Positions 1-7,803 of a stretch of DNA of 64,000 bases are shown here, piece after piece. The notes under the pieces were generated by a model. The model was not told the origin of the DNA. It did no database searches and saw nothing but the letters and a program-made list of their open reading frames with translations. A program made the translations under genes and the position numbers. Every line of letters starts with the position of its first letter. Positions within the stretch are counted from its first letter, which is position 1. Source of the DNA: Oscillospiraceae bacterium (GTDB lineage: Bacteria; Bacillota; Clostridia; Oscillospirales; Ruminococcaceae). The stretch spans positions 6,063 to 70,062 of the forward strand of contig JAFQBT010000094.1 in assembly GCA_017399625.1 (NCBI GenBank), given 5' to 3'.

Positions 1-63
1 TCTCATCTTTCTGAACAAGGAATTTAAAATATTTAAAACCATCGGAGCAGGGGAGCTGAATTT

Positions 64-549
64 TTGAAAATCGCAGGTCTTTTATTTTTGTTCTGCTCAG
101 TTTCGGCGTTGGGATTTGAAATCGGAAGCAGATATATTTCCATGCTCAAAGACGCAAAGAGGGCGGAGCTTTTTATTAAAAACATAATCCTCTGCCTTGA
201 AAACGAAAACATGACGCTCGGCGAGATTTTTGAAAACTGCGGAAAAACCTGCGACGAAAAAACGGGAAAATTTATATTTTCTCTTTCGGAAAGAAATATT
301 AAAGATATAGGTAAAACGGCTTTGGAATGCGGTTTTTGCCGGAATATAGATGTGATTCCGGCTCTGGAAGAAGCCTTTTTTGTCCTCGGAAAATATTCAG
401 CCGCCGAACAGATCCGGGAACTCACGTTCTGCCGGAGCAGGATAAGCAATATTATCCTTGAGCACGAAAAGCCGCTTTTATTGAAAGCAAAACTTTCGGG
501 ATATTCAGGAGTTCTTGCAGGAGCTTTTCTTTCGATTCTCCTTGCCTGA
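64..549 (+). CDS. spoIIIAB: Stage III sporulation protein AB
   Basis: 161-aa ORF that opens a run of seven tightly packed or overlapping small membrane-protein ORFs in canonical spoIIIAB-AH order. AGGGGAG (49-55) precedes TTG 64. N-terminal TM helix then a soluble domain. Bases 1-27 look like the 3' end of spoIIIAA. Confidence 0.8.
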   Translation: MKIAGLLFLFCSVSALGFEIGSRYISMLKDAKRAELFIKNIILCLENENMTLGEIFENCGKTCDEKTGKFIFSLSERNIKDIGKTALECGFCRNIDVIPALEEAFFVLGKYSAAEQIRELTFCRSRISNIILEHEKPLLLKAKLSGYSGVLAGAFLSILLA

Positions 550-574
550 AAAACAAAACGGAGGTGCATTATTT

Positions 575-769
575 TTGGACGTTGATATGATTTTTAAAAT
601 TGCCGCAATCGGTATTATCGTCGCGGTGCTCAACCAGGTGCTCATTCGTTCCGGAAGGGAGGAACAGGCAATGATGACGACTCTTGCAGGGCTCATTGCC
701 GTACTCATGATGCTCATCGGTGAAATCAGCAGCCTTTTTGAAACGGTAAAATCGGTGTTCGGACTATGA
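575..769 (+). CDS. spoIIIAC: Stage III sporulation protein AC
   Basis: 64 aa with two TM helices. The N-terminus LDVDMIFKIAAIGIIVA resembles B. subtilis SpoIIIAC (MGVDVNVIFQIAGVGIVVA, from memory). GGAGGTG (560-566) lies 8 nt before TTG 575. The track start at 515 is inside spoIIIAB. Confidence 0.85.
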   Translation: MDVDMIFKIAAIGIIVAVLNQVLIRSGREEQAMMTTLAGLIAVLMMLIGEISSLFETVKSVFGL

Positions 770-1158
770 ACGAGGTTTTTACGATAGCCGGAATCGGCAT
801 TGTTTCCACTTCCTTCGTGCTCATACTGAAGCAATACCGGCCGGAATTTGCCTTTGCTGCGGCGCTTGCTGCAGGGATTTTTATCTTCGGATATGCTGTT
901 CTGACCTCATCGGAAATTTTTGAGCACGCAAAAAATCTTGTTGATATTTCCGGAATCGATTCGGAAAAATATGCTATTCTCTTCCGCTGTTTCGGGATAA
1001 GTATCGTTACAAAAATTGCTTCGGAAACATGCAAGGACTGCGGACAAGGTTCCATTTCATCAAAAATTGATTTTGCCGGAAAAATCTCGATTCTTCTTTC
1101 CGCGGTTCCGCTTTATTCCGAAATTATCGGAATTATAAAAAATCTTATTGACTTATGA
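766..1158 (+). CDS. spoIIIAD: Stage III sporulation protein AD
   Basis: 130-aa polytopic membrane protein. ATGA overlap with spoIIIAC. Position and size fit SpoIIIAD. Confidence 0.85.
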   Translation: MNEVFTIAGIGIVSTSFVLILKQYRPEFAFAAALAAGIFIFGYAVLTSSEIFEHAKNLVDISGIDSEKYAILFRCFGISIVTKIASETCKDCGQGSISSKIDFAGKISILLSAVPLYSEIIGIIKNLIDL

Positions 1159-2264
1159 AAAGAAAAATACTTATTATACTGCTTGTTTTTTCCTTTTTTC
1201 TTTCCGGTTCGTATTATGAGGAAAACATCGAAAAACAGCTTGATTATGCGGAAAATAGCGGTTTTATGGATGAAATTTCCGATGAAGCAAAAGCAATTCT
1301 TGAAAGAATCGGAATCAATGGACTTGATCCGGAAAAACTCGGCGAAATTTCCGCAAAAGATATTTTTGTTCTTATATATGAAAGCTTCGTTTCAAAAATA
1401 AAGGAGCCTTTTTATTCCGTGCTCACTGTCACAGCCGCGGCGATGATATGTTCCGTTGCCGGAAGTTTCTGCGAAAATTTCTCCCTTACCGGAAACGTCA
1501 TAAACATTGTTTCGGCTCTTTCTTCCGCGGCGATTTTTCTTGTTCCGGTAAAAAACCTTATTTCTTCCGCTTCTGCCGTAATTGACGAATGCTCGGATTT
1601 TATTCTTGGATTTGTTCCGGTCTATACTTCCGCAATTATCGCTTCCGGATATGTTTCCTCCGGTGCGGGATTCCGGACGATGATGCTCGGAACGGTCACG
1701 GTTATTTCAAAACTTTCGGACGAAATCATCGTTCCGCTCATCTGCATCTATCTTGCTCTCTGTGTTGCCGGTTCCGTTTCGGATATGAACATCGGCGAAA
1801 TATCAAAAACTATCAAAAATTTTGCGGTCTGGCTTCTTGGAATAACAATGACTGTTTTTTCCGGCATAATGGGGCTTGGAACTCTTATTTCGTCCTCCGC
1901 AGACAGCGCTTTTTCAAAAACCGCAAAGTTCCTTATAGGTTCAGCAGTTCCGATAGTGGGAAGCACTGTTTCCGACGCGCTTTCTACTGTTAAAAGCTGC
2001 CTTGGAGTTACCAGAACCGTTCTCGGAACATACGCAGTAATCGTTATTGCGGCGATTTTTCTTCCGCCGATAATAAGCCTTCTCAGCTGGAAAATCTGCC
2101 TTTCGGTTTCATCCGGAATCGGAAATTTTTTCGGAAATAAAAGCCTCTCCGGTCTGCTTTCAGCCGTTTCGTCGGTGGTCGGAATAATGCTTGCGCTTGT
2201 TGTTGTAACGGCGGTGATGTTCATTTTTGCAGTTTCGATAATGCTTATGACCGGAGGAGGGTAA
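1155..2264 (+). CDS. spoIIIAE: Stage III sporulation protein AE
   Basis: 369 aa. Signal-like N-terminus, then a soluble segment, then multiple TM helices. 4-nt overlap with spoIIIAD. Operon position fits. Confidence 0.85.
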   Translation: MKRKILIILLVFSFFLSGSYYEENIEKQLDYAENSGFMDEISDEAKAILERIGINGLDPEKLGEISAKDIFVLIYESFVSKIKEPFYSVLTVTAAAMICSVAGSFCENFSLTGNVINIVSALSSAAIFLVPVKNLISSASAVIDECSDFILGFVPVYTSAIIASGYVSSGAGFRTMMLGTVTVISKLSDEIIVPLICIYLALCVAGSVSDMNIGEISKTIKNFAVWLLGITMTVFSGIMGLGTLISSSADSAFSKTAKFLIGSAVPIVGSTVSDALSTVKSCLGVTRTVLGTYAVIVIAAIFLPPIISLLSWKICLSVSSGIGNFFGNKSLSGLLSAVSSVVGIMLALVVVTAVMFIFAVSIMLMTGGG

Positions 2265-2268
2265 CTTA

Positions 2269-2739
2269 ATGGAAGCGGTAAAAAACTGGGCTTTTTCGGT
2301 ATGCTGTGCATCGGTTTTCTGCGGGATTCTGAATCTGCTTCTTCCGGAAGGGAGTACACAGAAGATTTTCCGGGCAGTTATTTATGTGTTTTTTCTTTCG
2401 GTGGTTGTTTCAACTTTTTCCGGTTTCGATTTTTCTGATTTTGGGTTCGCTTTAAAAGATAAAACAGAAGAAATAACCCTTGAGGATAATAAATTCAGCG
2501 ATATTTCCGGGGAATATATCGAATATGAAATAAAAAGTTCCGCAATGGAAATTCTGGAATCCGAAGGAATTGAGCCGGAAGATATTTCGCTGAAAGTTAA
2601 TATTTCCGCCGAAGGGAGCATAGATATTATTGATTTCACCGTAACCCTTCCGGAAGGAATCATTCCGGAAGAACTGTCCGCAAAAATTTATAAAAAAACA
2701 GGCATTGAACCGGAAATAATCATTTCGGGAGAAAACTGA
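2269..2739 (+). CDS. spoIIIAF: Stage III sporulation protein AF
   Basis: 156 aa with two N-terminal TM helices and an acidic C-terminal domain. The call rests mainly on operon position. Confidence 0.7.
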   Translation: MEAVKNWAFSVCCASVFCGILNLLLPEGSTQKIFRAVIYVFFLSVVVSTFSGFDFSDFGFALKDKTEEITLEDNKFSDISGEYIEYEIKSSAMEILESEGIEPEDISLKVNISAEGSIDIIDFTVTLPEGIIPEELSAKIYKKTGIEPEIIISGEN

Positions 2740-2741
2740 AC

Positions 2742-3284
2742 ATGGAAATTTTTAAAAACACAGGCGAAAAAATCAAAAAATTATTCAGGGATAATCATAA
2801 CAAAAAAGCTGCTCTGATTTTTGCCCTCGGAGCAATCGGGATAATCCTTATCCTTCTTTCGGAAATGATTCCGGAAAAAGAAGCGGAAAACAAAGCCGAA
2901 AAATCCGTTTTTTCTTCGGAACTTTCCGGAAGGGAAGCGGTTCTTGAAGAAAGAATCGCCGAAGCGGTCTCAAAAATTAACGGAGCAGGAAAAACCCACG
3001 TTACCATCACTTTTGATTCATCGGAGGAATACGTTTTTGCGGAAAATTTTTCCGAAAACAATGCCGAAAGCGAAACCGAAAGAGAATCGGAAATTGTGAT
3101 AATCGAAGGGGAAAATGGCGACCTTCCGGTGACGATAAGGACGAACGAGGCAAAAATCCGCGGAGTTCTAATTATCTGCGAAGGCGGAAAAAATCCTTTG
3201 GTAAAGGAAAAAATAATCGAAGGGGTGTGCGCTCTTCTGGATATCCCTTCCAACAAAATCAGCGTTGCCGAAATGGCTCGATGA
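2742..3284 (+). CDS. spoIIIAG: Stage III sporulation protein AG
   Basis: 180 aa with an N-terminal TM and an acidic linker. The C-terminal IRGVLIICEGG...IPSNKISVAEM resembles the SpoIIIAG ring-forming domain. Confidence 0.8.
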   Translation: MEIFKNTGEKIKKLFRDNHNKKAALIFALGAIGIILILLSEMIPEKEAENKAEKSVFSSELSGREAVLEERIAEAVSKINGAGKTHVTITFDSSEEYVFAENFSENNAESETERESEIVIIEGENGDLPVTIRTNEAKIRGVLIICEGGKNPLVKEKIIEGVCALLDIPSNKISVAEMAR

Positions 3285-3301
3285 ATAAAGGAGGAAAACC
3301 A

Positions 3302-3937
3302 ATGACAAGTATCAGCAATTATGAAAGCGTGGAGCTTCCGGTTGAAAACATAAAGGAAAAACGGAACTTTATGGACTTTTTCAAAAAATTCAGCGGCAAA
3401 AAAATCAATTTTGCCCTTAAAAAGAAACATATCGCCGTTGCTTCAATGGTGCTTATGCTTTCCGCGGCGGTTTATGTGAATTATCTTTATGCCGCGGGAG
3501 ATATTGAAAATTTCCTTGCGACGGGCAAAAATTACGGTGATTCAATCCTTGTTGAAGGTTCCGCGGATGAGGAAATTTTTGATCTTGCTTCGTTCTTCAG
3601 CGAAGCCCGGGTTTCCCGTCAGCAATCAAGAGATGAAGCGGTAGCCACCATCGAAAATCTTTACGGAGTTGCGGAAGAAGATTCGGAGGAGGTTTCGGTC
3701 CTTGCGGAAAAGGCTGGACAGATCGCCGCGAATATGGAGCTGGAAAACAAAATCGAAAGCATCATTAAGGCAAAGGGGTTTGAGGACTGCATTGTTTATA
3801 TTTCCGGAAATTATGCGGACGTGATGGTTGCAACGGAAGGGCTTCTTCCGACGGAAGCGGCGGTCATCAAGGAGGCGATTATCCAGGAAACTTCGGTTCC
3901 GGTGGAAAACATTTCCATTGTTGAAGTGAATAAATAA
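3302..3937 (+). CDS. spoIIIAH: Stage III sporulation protein AH
   Basis: AAAGGAGGA RBS before ATG 3302 (track start 3227 overlaps spoIIIAG). Single TM then a soluble domain. Last gene of the operon, followed by a terminator. Confidence 0.75.
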   Translation: MTSISNYESVELPVENIKEKRNFMDFFKKFSGKKINFALKKKHIAVASMVLMLSAAVYVNYLYAAGDIENFLATGKNYGDSILVEGSADEEIFDLASFFSEARVSRQQSRDEAVATIENLYGVAEEDSEEVSVLAEKAGQIAANMELENKIESIIKAKGFEDCIVYISGNYADVMVATEGLLPTEAAVIKEAIIQETSVPVENISIVEVNK

Positions 3938-3947
3938 TTACCAAAGC

Positions 3948-3975
3948 GCGGCGGAAAATTTTCCGCCGCTTTTTC
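3948..3975 (+). terminator. Intrinsic terminator after spoIIIAH
   Basis: GCGGCGG (3948-3954) pairs with CCGCCGC (3963-3969) around an AAAATTTT loop, followed by TTTTT. Confidence 0.8.
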
Positions 3976-4029
3976 TTTCCGGAAAAATGTATATTCATAA
4001 AAATTTTGCATAAAATTTATTTTTTTCTA

Positions 4030-4058
4030 TTGTAAATATAATAAATACTTGTTATAAT
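4030..4058 (+). promoter_or_regulatory. Sigma-A-type promoter of nusB
   Basis: TTGTAA (4030-4035), 17-nt spacer, TGtTATAAT (extended -10; TATAAT at 4053-4058). Confidence 0.55.
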
Positions 4059-4073
4059 TATAAAGAAAATTTT

Positions 4074-4087
4074 TGTTGTTTGAAAAT
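4074..4087 (+). promoter_or_regulatory. boxA-like element in the nusB leader
   Basis: TGTTGTTTGAAAAT compared with the Firmicute rrn boxA TGTTCTTTGAAAAC (recalled consensus). Located between the promoter and a leader terminator. Confidence 0.5.
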
Positions 4088-4102
4088 TTAAAGCGAGTTT
4101 TC

Positions 4103-4131
4103 CCTCCTCGTCAAAAACGGGGAGGTTTTTT
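4103..4131 (+). terminator. Leader terminator/attenuator upstream of nusB
   Basis: CCTCCTCG (4103-4110) pairs with CGGGGAGG (4118-4125) with one G-U pair and a 7-nt loop, then TTTTTT (4126-4131). It lies 4 nt upstream of the nusB RBS GGAGGA (4135-4140). Confidence 0.65.
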
Positions 4132-4148
4132 ATTGGAGGATTGTTAAA

Positions 4149-4568
4149 ATGACAAGAAAAGAAGCCAGAGAAATCGCGTTTGCAATCGTTTTTGAAAGCA
4201 GCTTCCACAGTGAAGGACTTGATTATATCCTTGAAAACGCTGCGGACGGAAGAGATCTTTCACTTCCGGAAGGTTCCTTTGCAAAGGAACTTGCAAGAAT
4301 CACCATTGAAAAACGCGACGAAATCGACGAAATCATTGCATCCTGTTCCAACCATTGGAAACCGGGCAGAATTGCAAGGGCAACTCTTGCAATTCTCAGA
4401 ATCTCCGTTTGCGAAATGTACTATTTCAGCGAGGAAGTTCCTGCAAGCGTTTCCATCAACGAAGCTGTTGAACTTGCAAAGGTTTACTGCGGTGACGATG
4501 ACCCCGGTTTTGTAAACGGCGTTCTCGGCGCTGTTTATAAAAAGAAAAACGGAAGCAGCGAAGAATAA
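4149..4568 (+). CDS. nusB: Transcription antitermination factor NusB
   Basis: 139 aa. The MTRKEAREIAFAIVFE... N-terminus and the ...SINEAVELAKVYCGDDDPGFVNGVLG motif are typical of NusB. Confidence 0.93.
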   Translation: MTRKEAREIAFAIVFESSFHSEGLDYILENAADGRDLSLPEGSFAKELARITIEKRDEIDEIIASCSNHWKPGRIARATLAILRISVCEMYYFSEEVPASVSINEAVELAKVYCGDDDPGFVNGVLGAVYKKKNGSSEE

Positions 4569-5497
4569 TGTTTCTCGGAATCGATACAAGCAACTATACC
4601 ACCTCCGCGGCGCTTTTTGACAAAGAAAAATTCGAGGTTATCCAGCGCAAAAAACTCCTTCCTGTAAAGGAAGGGGAACTCGGTCTTCGCCAGTCGGATG
4701 CGGTTTTTGCCCATGTAAAACAGCTGGGCGGAATAGTTGAGGAGCTTTTTTCCTGCGAAAAATATAATATTGATGCCATCGGCGTTTCCACAAGACCGAG
4801 GGATATCGAAGGTTCCTATATGCCTTGCTTTATGGTGGGGGATATGGTGACAAAAACCCTTTCCGCGGCGCTCTGCGTTCCGAGATATGAGTTTTCCCAT
4901 CAGCAGGGACATATTGCGGCGGCGCTTTTTTCCGCAGGAAGGCTTGACCTTATGAACGAAAAATTCATCGCGTTCCATCTTTCCGGCGGAACGACCGAAG
5001 CTCTTCTTGTAACACCCGACGAAAACCGCATTATTAAATGCGAAAAAATCGCAGGCTCCGCGGATTTAAAAGCAGGGCAGGCAGTTGACAGAGTCGGTGT
5101 GATGCTCGGACTTCCGTTTCCGGCGGGAAAATATCTTGAGGAACTTGCTCTTTCGAGCAATGCAAAGTTCAGAATCAAACCCACCATGAAAGGCGCGGAG
5201 TGCTGTCTTTCCGGAATCGAAAACAAATGCAGAAAAATGCTTGATTCCGGCGAAAAACCGGAGGATATTGCGCTTTTCTGTCTTAAATCCGTTGAAGCCG
5301 CTCTTTGCGGAATGACCGATGCGCTTATCGAAGAATACGGAAAACTTCCGCTTATTTATGCAGGCGGGGTTATGTCCAACAAAATAATCCGCAGGACCAT
5401 CGAAGAAAAATACGGCGGAATTTTTGCTCTTCCGGAATTTTCTTCCGATAACGCAGCGGGAATTGCCGTTCTCGCTTCCATTGCAGCAAAAAAATAA
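4568..5497 (+). CDS. Kae1/TsaD-family (peptidase M22-like, ASKHA fold) protein, short paralog
   Basis: 309 aa. Motifs: LGIDTSNYTTS phosphate-1-like, HQQGH (HxxxH metal motif), GGVMSN, SSDNAAGIA. TAATG overlap with nusB. Confidence 0.7.
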   Translation: MFLGIDTSNYTTSAALFDKEKFEVIQRKKLLPVKEGELGLRQSDAVFAHVKQLGGIVEELFSCEKYNIDAIGVSTRPRDIEGSYMPCFMVGDMVTKTLSAALCVPRYEFSHQQGHIAAALFSAGRLDLMNEKFIAFHLSGGTTEALLVTPDENRIIKCEKIAGSADLKAGQAVDRVGVMLGLPFPAGKYLEELALSSNAKFRIKPTMKGAECCLSGIENKCRKMLDSGEKPEDIALFCLKSVEAALCGMTDALIEEYGKLPLIYAGGVMSNKIIRRTIEEKYGGIFALPEFSSDNAAGIAVLASIAAKK

Positions 5498-5516
5498 CCA
5501 GAAAGGAGGGCGTTTT

Positions 5517-6737
5517 GTGGCCGGTTTCAATATACTTACCGTTACGCAGATAACCTCCTATCTCAAATCATATATCGACGAAAACAAAAAGCTTTCCGGA
5601 ATTTATATCAAAGGCGAAATAACCGATTTCAAGGCGAATTTTTATTCAGGACACTTTTATTTTTCGCTCAAGGATGCCGGCGCGGAAATAAACTGCGTGA
5701 TGTTCCGGAGCTATGCCGAGCGCATTCGTTTTATGCCGGAAAACGGAATGTCCGTAATCGTCCGGTGCGATCTTTCGGTTTATCAGAAAGCGTGCTCATG
5801 CCAGCTTTATGTTTATGACATCCAGCCGGAAGGAATAGGTTCAAAACACCTTGCTTTTGAACAGCTTAAGGCAAAACTTGAATCCGAAGGGCTTTTCGAT
5901 GCTCAGAACAAAAAAGCCCTTCCGAAATATCCGGAAAAAATCGGCGTTGTTACTTCCGGAAGCGGAGCGGCTTTGCAGGATATCATCAACGTGCTCACAA
6001 GAAGATGGCCGGTTGCAGAAATCATGCTCACACCGGTTTCGGTCCAGGGCGAAGATGTTCCCGCACAGCTTCTCAGGGCGATTCAGAAACAGGATAACGA
6101 AATCCGACCGGACGTTATAATAATCGGAAGGGGAGGCGGAAGTTCTGAAGATCTTTCCGCGTTCAATGATGAAGCCCTTGCAAGAGCGATTTTTGCCTGC
6201 GAAACTCCAATTATTTCCGCAGTCGGACACGAAACGGATTTTTCCATCTGCGATTTTGTCGCAGATATGCGTGCACCGACTCCTTCCGCAGCGGCTGAAC
6301 TTGCAAGTCCGGATATAAACGCTCTCCGCCAGAATATTGACGGAAATATGGAATGGATGCGCGATTTTATCCGCAGAAAATGCGATAAATATGCGGAAAT
6401 TCTTGATAAATTCGCATCTGTCAAGTCTGAAAGCTTTACAGATAGTTTTATAAATAAACGTCAGCAGAAGCTTGATTCTGCAAAAGAAAAACTTGATTAT
6501 ATCGGCAAAAATATTGTTCTGAACAAAGAAATAAGATTTTCCGTTGCTCTTGCAAAGCTTGATTCCAACAACCCGGCAAAGATTCTCAAACGGAGCATCT
6601 GCAGGGTTGAACTTTACGGAAAACCGATAAAATCCGCCGCAGAAGCAAAAAGCGGCGACAAAATTGATATTATTTTCAGCGACGGCGTGCTCAGAGCAAC
6701 CGTTGATGAGAAAACAGAGGGAGGTTTTGATTTTTGA
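5517..6737 (+). CDS. xseA: Exodeoxyribonuclease VII large subunit
   Basis: The N-terminal OB-fold region (LTVTQITSYLKSYID...FKANFYSGHFYFSLKD) and the catalytic region (GVVTSGSGAALQD...IIGRGGGSSEDL) are characteristic. GTG 5517 follows AAGGAGGG. The track start at 5424 overlaps the upstream gene. Confidence 0.92.
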   Translation: MAGFNILTVTQITSYLKSYIDENKKLSGIYIKGEITDFKANFYSGHFYFSLKDAGAEINCVMFRSYAERIRFMPENGMSVIVRCDLSVYQKACSCQLYVYDIQPEGIGSKHLAFEQLKAKLESEGLFDAQNKKALPKYPEKIGVVTSGSGAALQDIINVLTRRWPVAEIMLTPVSVQGEDVPAQLLRAIQKQDNEIRPDVIIIGRGGGSSEDLSAFNDEALARAIFACETPIISAVGHETDFSICDFVADMRAPTPSAAAELASPDINALRQNIDGNMEWMRDFIRRKCDKYAEILDKFASVKSESFTDSFINKRQQKLDSAKEKLDYIGKNIVLNKEIRFSVALAKLDSNNPAKILKRSICRVELYGKPIKSAAEAKSGDKIDIIFSDGVLRATVDEKTEGGFDF

Positions 6738-6922
6738 AAAAAGAACTTAATTTTGAGGAAGCTCTTGAAAAGCTTGCTGAGATAAACGAAAAACTCGAAT
6801 CCGAAGAAATTTCCCTTGATGAATCCGTAAAACTTTTTAAAGAAGGTCTTGAACTGAGCAGGCTTTGCCAGAAAAAGCTTGATGAAGCAAAACTTGAAAT
6901 ACAGAAAATCGAAATTGACTGA
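6734..6922 (+). CDS. xseB: Exodeoxyribonuclease VII small subunit
   Basis: 62 aa. FEEALEKLAEINEKLESEEISLDESVKLFKEGLELSRLC is the XseB signature. The TTG start overlaps the xseA stop. Confidence 0.92.
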   Translation: MKKELNFEEALEKLAEINEKLESEEISLDESVKLFKEGLELSRLCQKKLDEAKLEIQKIEID

Positions 6923-6935
6923 CCGGAGGAAAACA

Positions 6936-7790
6936 ATGTCCTTTCTTGCTGATGACAAAAATCTCATAGATTCCGCCATGAGCACGGAACTTGTTTCCGC
7001 CTCTCCGGAATTTGATAAAATCGTAGAGGCAATGCGCTATTCCGCACTTGGAGGAAAACGTCTCCGCGGAATACTGACTCTTGAATTTGCAAAAATGTTC
7101 GGATGCGGTTCTGATGATGCAATGCCCTATGCGGTTGCGGTTGAATGCATCCAGGCGTATTCTCTTATCCACGACGACCTTCCCTGCATGGACGACGATG
7201 ATATGAGAAGGGGAAAGCCTTCCTGCCACATCGCATTCGGCGAGGCAAACGCCCTTCTTGCGGGAGATGCCCTTTTAACCCATGCATTCAGCGCAATTTC
7301 CGAAAGCGATTCCGCAAAAAATCACCCGGAAAGAGCAATAAAAGCTGTTAAGATCCTTTCCGGATTTGCAGGTTTCCGGGGAATGGTAGGCGGACAGGTT
7401 CTTGACCTTGAAGCCGCGGAAAAAGAAACCGACCCGGAAACGATTTTCCTCATCCACAAACTCAAAACCGGCGCGCTCATAAAAGCATCCGTGCTCATGG
7501 GATGCGCAGCTGCAGGCGCAGATGATGAACTTTGCAAACTTTCCGAAAAATACGCCTCAGATTTTGGATTTGCGTTCCAGATAATCGACGATATTCTTGA
7601 TTTTGACGGAAATTACGAAACCTGCGAACTCAATTCCTACGTAAAAATCAACGGACTTGAAAAAGCAAGGGAAGACGCATCCGCATATATTGACGATGCA
7701 CGCAAAGTCCTCGGCTTTTTTGCGGAAAAAGGCTTTGATATAACCAATTTCAGCAAGCTGCTTGATTTTCTGGTCAACAGAATGAAATAA
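6936..7790 (+). CDS. ispA: Farnesyl/geranyl diphosphate synthase
   Basis: First and second Asp-rich motifs present (LIHDDLPCMDDDDMRRG; FQIIDDILD). ATG 6936 follows GGAGGAAAA. Confidence 0.92.
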   Translation: MSFLADDKNLIDSAMSTELVSASPEFDKIVEAMRYSALGGKRLRGILTLEFAKMFGCGSDDAMPYAVAVECIQAYSLIHDDLPCMDDDDMRRGKPSCHIAFGEANALLAGDALLTHAFSAISESDSAKNHPERAIKAVKILSGFAGFRGMVGGQVLDLEAAEKETDPETIFLIHKLKTGALIKASVLMGCAAAGADDELCKLSEKYASDFGFAFQIIDDILDFDGNYETCELNSYVKINGLEKAREDASAYIDDARKVLGFFAEKGFDITNFSKLLDFLVNRMK

Positions 7791-7803
7791 ACGGAGAAAA
7801 ACT

